NCBI RefSeq assembly: GCF_006345805.1
Contig: NW_021832849.1
Span: forward strand, 1 to 64,000
From: Octopus sinensis
Lineage: Eukaryota
Direction: 5' to 3'
Length of the DNA stretch: 64,000 nucleotides
Both the position numbers and the translations under genes were made by a program. Under the pieces are notes generated by a model, which saw only the letters and a list, made by a program, of their open reading frames with translations, was not told the DNA's origin and made no database searches. Below are positions 52,660 through 64,000 of the stretch, piece after piece (the first letter of the stretch is position 1; the number at the start of each line of letters is the position of its first letter).

Positions 52660-53809
52660 CACAAGGTACAAGGGCAAATATAAATGTATGTGCGTATGTA
52701 GGTTTGTAAATAACCAGACGCAGTCTCTAAGTTTTAAAATTTTAATGGTGGAAATTTAAAACTTAGTAATACGTTTCATTTCGCTTGTTATATAAAATTC
52801 ACTGCTGTTTAATAATAAATATCCTGGCTATAAACAGATGTAATATAGTTGCTGTTATTGTTAGTGTATATATCGATGTCTGTGAAATGCCTTGTGTTGT
52901 GTGTTGGTCTGGACGTTCAACTTCAATAACAAAAGATATTTAGAAATTTCCAGAACCTCTTTCAACTTGTTCGCATCTTATTGATCTTTTGTGATTATCT
53001 GCATATCTTCCATCTTCCATGTAGCAGCAAAAGTACTTTAGTTCCCGTTAAGAGATGAAAAATATGAAATAATCGATACTGCTGTTGTTAGTGTTTTTTT
53101 CTCAATTTCAAGTTCCTGCGTAAATTTGCAAAGTGCTTATGTTTGTATGTATGTATGTATGTATGTATGTATGTATGTATGTATGTATGTATGTATGTAT
53201 GTATACACACACATACACACACACACACACATAGAGGCGCTGTCATTGTTGTGTGGTTACGAAGCCTGTTTTGCAACAACGTGTTTTCTGGTTCATTCCA
53301 ATTGCGTGGCACCTTGGATAAAGGGACTTCAACTATAGCCCTAAGGCTGACCAATGCATTATGAGTGGATTTTATAGATGGAAAACGTGTGGATGCCCGT
53401 AGTATATATCTCTCTCTCTCTCTCTCTCTCTCTCGCTCTCTATCTATCTATCTATCTATCTGTGTGTGTATGTTTTTCTCTGTGACTGTCACTTCCACTG
53501 CTTGACCACTGGTATTGTTATGATTACGTAGCCGTAACTTAGCGGGTCGGGCATAGGAGACCGATAGAAAATATACCTAACTGAAAAGAAAATATAAATA
53601 AATATTGTGTTTAATTTCTTCAACTAAAACTATTGAAGACGGCATCCAGTATGTCCGTAGTCCAATGACTGACACAAGTAATATATACATATATATATAT
53701 AAAACAAAGGATTAGGATTCAAGTGAACCAGGCACTTGAATGGTAAGGCACCAGGTCGGGTCAAAGTTAAAGTGCATACACTACAAAGGTAAACTCATAT
53801 CTATATCTA

Positions 53810-55685
<1,876 letters not shown>

Positions 55686-55739
55686 TAATAATAAAAATAA
55701 TAATAATTATATATATATACATACATACATACATACCAT

Positions 55740-57170
55740 CCACCACTCCTCTCTCACCACCATCATCCACTATAAATCCACAGACTCACTCTCTTATCTA
55801 TATCAAGTCATCCTTCTCCTACCTACGTACACTGAACTGTCCATTTCTTACTCCCAGTCTCAGTTCTTCTGTCTCCTCCGGTTCTGTAGTGATGACTATG
55901 ACTACGAGACACCAACTCCTGACTCACCACTTTACCCGATGGGGTTACCCCGTTACCGTTATTCAAACCGCTCTCACCCGTGTTGACTGGGCACGCTCTC
56001 ACTTTCCCCTTCTACACTCCTTCCCCGTACCCTCCCCACCCACCTTCATCGCCTCCCTTTCCCTATCACATACCACCCATTCACCCTACCCCTCCATTCT
56101 TCGGGCTTTCCGAATACTCCAATCTGATTCTTCACCTCCCACATCTTCCGCAACCCACCCCGCACCGCTTTCAAATGCGCCCATAACTAACGTGACCTTC
56201 GGGTCCGTAGATCTTTTTTCCATTCCTGGCATCCAGATTTGGCTCCTTCTCTTGCTCTGCCGCACTTGCCCCTACCTTTCCAATACCACTATCCCCACCG
56301 GTAACCACCACCGCCTCTACCATATTAACGATTCATTCACCTGTATCTCCAGCAAGTAAGCTACTGTATCCCCTGCCCTCTCTGTCATTCTCTGTATATT
56401 GGTCAAACCGGCCGGCGTTAGCTAACCGGTTCTCCGAACATCTCCGGGCCATCAGATTCAGTAATGTCACACTGGTCTCGCGTCACTTCAACTCGACCGG
56501 GCATTCGCTACAATATCTGTCTGACTGCCCTTTACACACACACAAATGATACACATACGCATACGCACGCACATATGCTACTTGCACAAAGTACACACGC
56601 TCACATTAGCTGCTACACTCATACGTTAGTGCACACAAACATCAGATAGGCACACACACACACACGTTAGACAGCCTCAGACACGTGCATACGTACACAC
56701 ACACACACGCACACACATGTACACGCTCCTTTACATACACATACACTCTCATATAATCATCATACTTTCACATATGCGTGCCCCCCCACACACACATACG
56801 CACGTACAGGCTTATATACTCATATACACACGTACATATTATCCTCACGCTCACATATATGCTTGTGCACACACGCTTTAACCCGGTTACTGTTTTCTCC
56901 CTTGCCACACTTGCCTCCAGCCACTTCCCTTCATCTGCTCAATTCAACATGTGCAACCATTAATCCAAACACAAATTTTTCTGTTTTCCTTTGTTTTTCC
57001 CTCGCTCTCTCTCTCTCTCTGTTTTCTCTCCTCATTCCTCTCAGCAGAAGAGCGGAGGCTTGAAACGTCAGACACTCTTCCATTTTTCTTGAGCGTCAAA
57101 CTAATAAACCCTGTTTGTTGTTCTTTCGTCTCCGTCTTTTGTCTTTTATTTCATGTACAGTTTTGAATCG
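55740..57170 (+). mobile_element. Penelope-like element remnant (RT thumb and GIY-YIG endonuclease, CA-rich spacer, pLTR-like end)
   Basis: YSQ..LLR.CSDD, WGYP, CRTCPYL, FTCISS, YCIPC.LC..LYIGQTGR, RFSEH and VSRHFNSTGH across frames. Confidence 0.8.
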
Positions 57171-57179
57171 TATCCATCC

Positions 57180-57316
<137 letters not shown>

Positions 57317-57429
57317 CATACACATACATAGATGCACACACACAAGTACGTATAAAGAGATACCCAAATACGTATCTATGGAGGTTGGACAAAATAATGG
57401 AAACAACTTGCTAAATGGAAATGGAAATT

Positions 57430-58330
57430 AAACGAAAATTTTATTATTTAATGCGGAGTTGGTCCACCTTTGGCATCACAGCTTTAATACGTCCAGGAAA
57501 TGACTGGTATAGGTTCTGAACAGTAGTAATGGAAATGTTGAGCCGTTGTTGAAGTAAAAACTGCTTTTCCAGCGACGATAGTGGTGGGATTCAGATTCTC
57601 ATGGGCTACTTCAAAATACATTATAAATGTTCGATAATATTCTGATCTGGCGATCGTGGTGGGGCCAATCCAAGTGGTTTAGTTCACTTTTGTCCTCTTC
57701 GTACCGATTTTGAATAAGATTAGCCGTGGCGTTATCGTCAGAGAACAATGTAACATAGATTGGATTTGCTCAGTCAAAATACTCAGATAATCTTTGGCGT
57801 TAACTCTGTCGTGTAGAATAACAAAGGGTCAAGAGAATTCCGTGAAATGACTTCTCAAATCACCACTGAGCCACCCTTATTGCTTCACGGCAGAGACCAA
57901 ACAGTCTGGGCTGCAGGCTTCTTTGAGCTGTCTACAGACTTTGAATGATTATTTATCAGAGAAGATGACTTTAGTCTATTAAACCAATGACCCCTTCTGT
58001 GGTTTAACAATTGCAGTCCTCCCATGGTCCCAGTTTCGTGGAGCTCACACAACAGCTTTAGTTGACCCAGAGTTGTTAAATTGTGGTTCAGTACTGCAAT
58101 CACATTTGTCGCCGCAGATTGATGGTTTTTAGGTAAAAACTTTCCACTATTCTATGGTCCGTCTCTGTGAGATTTGCCTTCTGTTCAGAATTATTCTTGT
58201 CAGAGCTGGTTTTGTCATGGTTCTGGAATGCTAACATGATTTAAGACACTGTATCTCTCGAGACATTAAATCATTCTGCGGTTTTTACGGTTGAAGATAC
58301 AGTCATCCGCACTCCAACAATTTGTCATCT
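57430..58330 (-). pseudogene. Degraded Tc1-like transposase
   Basis: Remnants of KH.GGSV.IW and W(P)PRSPDQNIIEHL (WPxQSPDLNxIEHLW motif). Confidence 0.7.
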
Positions 58331-58722
58331 TTGGAAATCAAAGAAGTCACGTATTTTAAAATACAAATACCGGCAAAAAGAAGAAAGAAAGAAAAAGGGA
58401 AAACAGAGGTTTATATCATGACGTAATAAACCAGCACCGGTTGTCAAGTGGGGTGTGCGCGTGTGTGCGCATGTGTGGGTGAGTGAGTGAGTGTGCGTGT
58501 GTGTGTGTGTGTGTGTAACAAACACAAATGCCCAGAAATAAGCGCAAATGTATACGTGACGGGCTTCCACGCAAACACCGTCTTCCAAATCTTCTCACAA
58601 AACATTGGTCAGTTTCGCCCGGGACAACAGTAGAAGACGCTTACTGAGGGCTGTTGCACTGTAGGATTGAACTCGAAACCTCAGAGTTGTAATTTTATAC
58701 TCTCGCTTTAGCTTCCACTAAG

Positions 58723-60666
58723 CTGTGATGGTATCACTCACCTGTATATAGATACTGTGATGGTATCACTCACCTGTATATAGATACTGTGATTGTATCA
58801 CTCACCTGTATATAGATACTATGATGGTATCACTCACCTGTATATAGATACTGTGATTGTATCTCTCACCTGTATATAGATACTGTGATTGTATCACTCA
58901 ATGTATGTAGATACTGTGATGGTATCACTCACCTGTATATAGATACTGTGATTGTATCTCTCACCTGTATATAGATACTGTGATTGTATCTCTCACCTGT
59001 ATATAGATACTGTGATTGTATTACTCACGTGTATATAGATACTGTGATGGTATCACTCACCTGTATATAGATACTGTGATCGTATCACTCACCTGTATAT
59101 AGATACTGTGATTGTATCACTCACCTGTATATAATACTGTGATGGTATCACTCACCTGTATATAGATACTGTGATTGGATCACTCACCTGTATAGATACT
59201 GTGATTGTATCACTCACCTGTATATAGATACTGTGATTGTATCACTCACCTGTATATAGATACTGTGATTGTATCACTCACCTGTATATAGATACTGTGA
59301 TTGTATTACTCACCTGTATATAGATACTGTGATGGTATCACTCACCTGTATATAGATACTGTGATCGTATCACTCACCTGTATATAGATACTGTGATCGT
59401 ATCACTCACCTGTATATAGATACTGTGATTGTATCACTCACCTGTATATAGATACTGTGATGGTATCACTCACCTGTATATAGATACTGTGATGGTATCA
59501 CTCACCTGTATATAGATACTGTGATTGTATTACTCACCTGTATATAGATACTGTGATGGTATCACTCACCTGTATGTAGATACTGTGATCGTATCACTCA
59601 CCTGTAATAGATACTGTGATTGTATCACTCACCTGTATATAGATACTGTGATGGTATCACTCACCTGTATATAGATACTGTGATTGTATCACTCACCTGT
59701 ATATAGATACTGTGATTGTATCTCTCACTGTATATAGATACTGTGATGGTATCACTCACTGTATATAGATACTGTGATTGTATCACTCACCTGTATATAG
59801 ATACTGTGATGGTATCTCTCACCTGTATATAGATACTGTGATGGTATCACTCACCTGTATATAGATACTGTGATGTATCACTCACCTGTATATAGATACT
59901 GTGATTGTATCTCACCTGTATATAGATACTGTGATGGTATCACTCACCTGTATATAGATACTGTGATCGTATCACTCACCTGTATATAGATACTGTGATT
60001 GTATCACTCACCTGTATATAGATACTGTGATTGTATCACTCACCTGTATATAGATACTGTGATCGTATCACTCACCTGTATATAGATACTGTGATTGTAT
60101 CACTCACCTGTATATAGATACTGTGATGGTATCACTCACCTGTATATAGATACTGTGATTGTATCTCTCACCTGTATATAGATACTGTGATGGTATCACT
60201 CACCTGTATATAGATACTGTGATCGTATCACTCACCTGTATATAGATACTGTGATTGTATCACTCACCTGTATATAGATACTGTGATTGTATCACTCACC
60301 TGTATATAGATACTGTGATCGTATCACTCACCTGTATATAGATACTGTGATTGTATCTCTCACCTGTATATAGATACTGTGATGGTATCACTCACCTGTA
60401 TATAGATACTGTGATCGTATCACTCACCTGTATATAGATACTGTGATTGTATCTCTCACCTGTATATAGATACTGTGATGGTATCACTCACCTGTATATA
60501 GATACTGTGATTGTATCACTCACCTGTATATAGATACTGTGATTGTATCACTCACCTGTATATAGATACTGTGATGGTATCACTCACCTGTATATAGATA
60601 CTGTGATTGTATCACTCACCTGTATATAGATACTGTGATTGTATCACTCACCTGTATGTAGATACT
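58723..60666. repeat. 32-bp minisatellite, ~61 copies (gatactgtgat[g/t/c]gtatcactcacctgtatata)
   Basis: Direct periodicity; 1944 bp; variants are mostly at one position, plus rare small indels. Confidence 0.97.
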
Positions 60667-60683
60667 AGCCTTTGATTCACTTT

Positions 60684-60976
60684 CTAAGGCGACTCTTCAA
60701 AAAGTCATTTTACTCTGCGATAGAAAAGTCTTTTCTAATTTTTAAATATTTTAGGTTTGATCCCGCCACCCTGGTTCACTAAAAATCGGGCTCGAAATGA
60801 ACAGTCTGAAACCTTGACGCTTAGATTTTCACTGTGGAGTAAGATGGGCAAACATCCTTCAAAACTTCCTTCGTCTCACCATGGATTTCTGCCTTTCCTT
60901 TGACTTTTAAAAACAGGAACTTCATGACCACCCGTGCTTCAATTTTACCAAAATCCACTGTAGGACCTGCCATCAT
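60684..60976 (-). mobile_element. Mariner transposase N-terminal (HTH) remnant with a TIR-like end
   Basis: KIEARVVMKFLFLK.KG.AEIHGE.KEVLKDVCPSYSTVK; ggcgactcttcaaaaagt at the left boundary. Confidence 0.7.
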
Positions 60977-61069
60977 GCTTATACCTGGAAAAAGGAAAAA
61001 GATATATTGTATACCATCATGACCTTTTGCATATCTTCTCCTAAATAGCTGACCTACTTATCCGGTGAA

Positions 61070-61385
61070 GGCGCATGGCGCAGTGGTTAGAGCGTCGAGG
61101 TTGTGAGGTCGAATCCTAGACCGGGCTGCGTGTTGTGCTCTTGAGCAAGACACTTTATTTCACGTTGTTCTAGTTCACTCAGCTGTAGAAATGAGTTGTG
61201 ACGTCACTAGCGCCAAGTTGCATCGGCCTTTGCCTTTCCCTTGGATAACATCAATGGTGTGGAGAGGGAAGGCTGGTATGCATGGGCGACTGCTGGTCTT
61301 CCATAAACAACCTTGCCCGGACTTGTGCCTGGGAGGGTAACTTTCTAAGTGCAATCCCATGGTCAATCATGACCGAAGGGGGTCT
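61070..61385 (+). mobile_element. SINE family C
   Basis: Homologous to 40783-41092. Confidence 0.88.
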
Positions 61386-62142
61386 CAGCAGGTTATCCTG
61401 TAAAGATAACAACTCTATCTTTTTGCAATACCCTCAAAGCCAGAAACTTTAAAACACTTTCTCGCATATAAGAACGATGAATGTCAAACCTGTAGTAATG
61501 TAAGTACTATCTCAAGTCCTAGGACTCGTCGTCCACGGATTTAGATCACAACATCCCCTTTGAATGGGACGTCAGTTTGTTGCTACGTTATTCATTTACA
61601 ACTGGGTGGTCCGGGATTCGAACTCACAACCTCGACGCTCTAAGCACTGAGCTATGCGTCTTCACAGGATTAGTCGGTCAGCTATTTAGGAGAAGATATG
61701 CAAAAGATCGTGATGGTATACAACATTTACAACTTGAAATGAAGTATTTTCCTCAACTTTACCGGGGATAGAAACCACGGTACTGCGAACGTGAGTGAGT
61801 GCAAAAAAACCTTAACCATTAGACTCTGTGCCTTCACAGGTGTAACAATCACAAATATATTTAGAAAATCGCTGAACATTCCCAGTTGTTTGTGGCAAAA
61901 TGAAACTGAGACTCTAAATTGCGGAAGCCTGCAGAGTGTGCAACAAAGCGAAATGTAGTTTTGTTTTTGTTTTTGTATTTGTTTTCTTTTTGCACTGAGA
62001 ACAGACGTACAGTATTCATGTCATGCGCAGAAGCCTAAGTTAGTTGTGATTATGTTAATGAGAAAGAGACGTGAAATTCATGGAAGATTGACTACCTAAA
62101 GAGACATCTCAATCAAGAGAAAGAAAGCAAGAGAGAGAAAGA

Positions 62143-62192
<50 letters not shown>

Positions 62193-62919
62193 ATCTGATG
62201 GCAGTGTGTTCAAGTCAGAAAGTCAACAAAACATTGAGATAAATCATTCAGTAATGGAATCAAATACTAATAAGTCTATATCAGAGTTTAGCGAGCGGCA
62301 ACGAAGTCATGTTGAGAAAGTAAAAATATTGATCGACAATATATATATTATACTATTTGTTATTTCCATGAGTTCTGGGCAAAAGAGACGCTCTCTTTTC
62401 GAAACATCCTTAGGTCATATGACAAGAAAATGTTACACGCTCTGAAAATTGGTACAGAATAAAGAAATTGCATTTAAATCTCTTTAATGCATTAATCATG
62501 TCATTTTGCAGAAAAAAAAGATAAATAAATAAACAAATAAATATATAAAACGAAGAGTTTAACGTTGATTTTATTGTACTTAGATTTAGTCAATACTTAG
62601 ATTTATTCTAGGAAGAAAAATAAAACAATGAATTTATAAAAATACCTAAGTTCCTTCGTCTGATGTCAAGAGGGACAAAATGATTTGTGAATTTATTGAT
62701 AGTGATACACTTTATAACTTTGATAATCTCCGAGATTCTTCTTCGAAAAAACAATTTTATTTTTCGAGTTGTGAGCCCAGCTTGGATTGGGATTCTTACT
62801 CTTGTCTTTATTGAGCAGCTCCAGCTCCTTGCGGTAGGCTAGCAATCCTATTGCTGACACACAAAGAATTATAGTCTCGTATATGGGTTCTGATTCAATA
62901 AACATTAGTTAGTTTTCTG

Positions 62920-63635
<716 letters not shown>

Positions 63636-63824
63636 ACCCCCAGTTCTAATTTGGAAGACTCTTTTCTGTGCTTAGTTTAAATGGCTTATTATTTTGAAAT
63701 CATGAACTGTACAATTATCAGTTGATAATAGCAAATGAAGTTTTCACAGCGACTAAACAACATAATATTGTGAAGTTTCCACCACCACCACCACAATGTG
63801 GTTGTGGTCGTGACACACAAACAT

Positions 63825-63993
63825 ATATACGACGGGCTTCTTTCAATTTCCGTCTACCAAATCCACCCATAAGGCTTTGGTCGGCCTGAAGCTATAGTAG
63901 AAGAAACTTGCCCAAGGTGCCACGCAGTGGGACTGAACCGGGAATCATGTGGTTCGCAAGCAAGCTACTTACCACACAGCCACTCCTACGCCT
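63825..63993 (-). mobile_element. SINE family A 5' half
   Basis: Reverse complement of the family head. Confidence 0.88.
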
Positions 63994-64000
63994 AAGCAAT

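Noticed and set aside
58723-60666. CRISPR-like array (32-bp repeat with dyad symmetry)
   Set aside because: Units are directly adjacent with no unique spacers, no cas genes are present, and the context is eukaryotic.
61605-61835. tRNA-like sequences here and at all SINE heads
   Set aside because: A and B boxes are present, but arms are deleted or cannot pair into a cloverleaf; these are SINE heads, not tRNA genes.
62206-62445. 79-aa complex-looking ORF
   Set aside because: GTG start, no recognisable motif, and no acceptor context (preceded by (GA)n).

Overview
Gene-poor, repeat-saturated animal genomic DNA. The microsatellite load and tRNA-derived SINE families are most consistent with a cephalopod (Octopus-like) intronic or intergenic region; this taxon call is an inference. 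I find no intact host gene, rRNA, true tRNA or CRISPR array. Almost all six-frame ORFs are simple-repeat artefacts or transposon pseudogenes. Recognisable content: (1) a nearly full-length dead CR1-type LINE (41.9-45.7 kb, minus); (2) three Tx1/L1-clade fragments; (3) three R4/Dong-type RLE retrotransposon loci, one a young head-to-tail triple in (AAT)n; (4) a Penelope-like GIY-YIG remnant and Penelope-type short repeats; (5) mariner, Tc1, hAT and pogo-like DNA transposon remnants; (6) about 30 SINE copies from at least four families; (7) a 32-bp x ~61 minisatellite; (8) several long inverted repeats. The most interesting signals: one SINE family shares a 42-nt 3' tail with the Tx1 LINE and swaps tails; a second SINE family shares a covarying 3' hairpin with the CR1 LINE; two Tx1 copies sit head-to-tail in (TCTA)n; and there is a near-complete type I hammerhead ribozyme motif at 36.3 kb plus minimal hammerhead-like cores in two other repeat families. 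Coordinates were read by eye, and boundaries of degraded elements are approximate (tens of bp).
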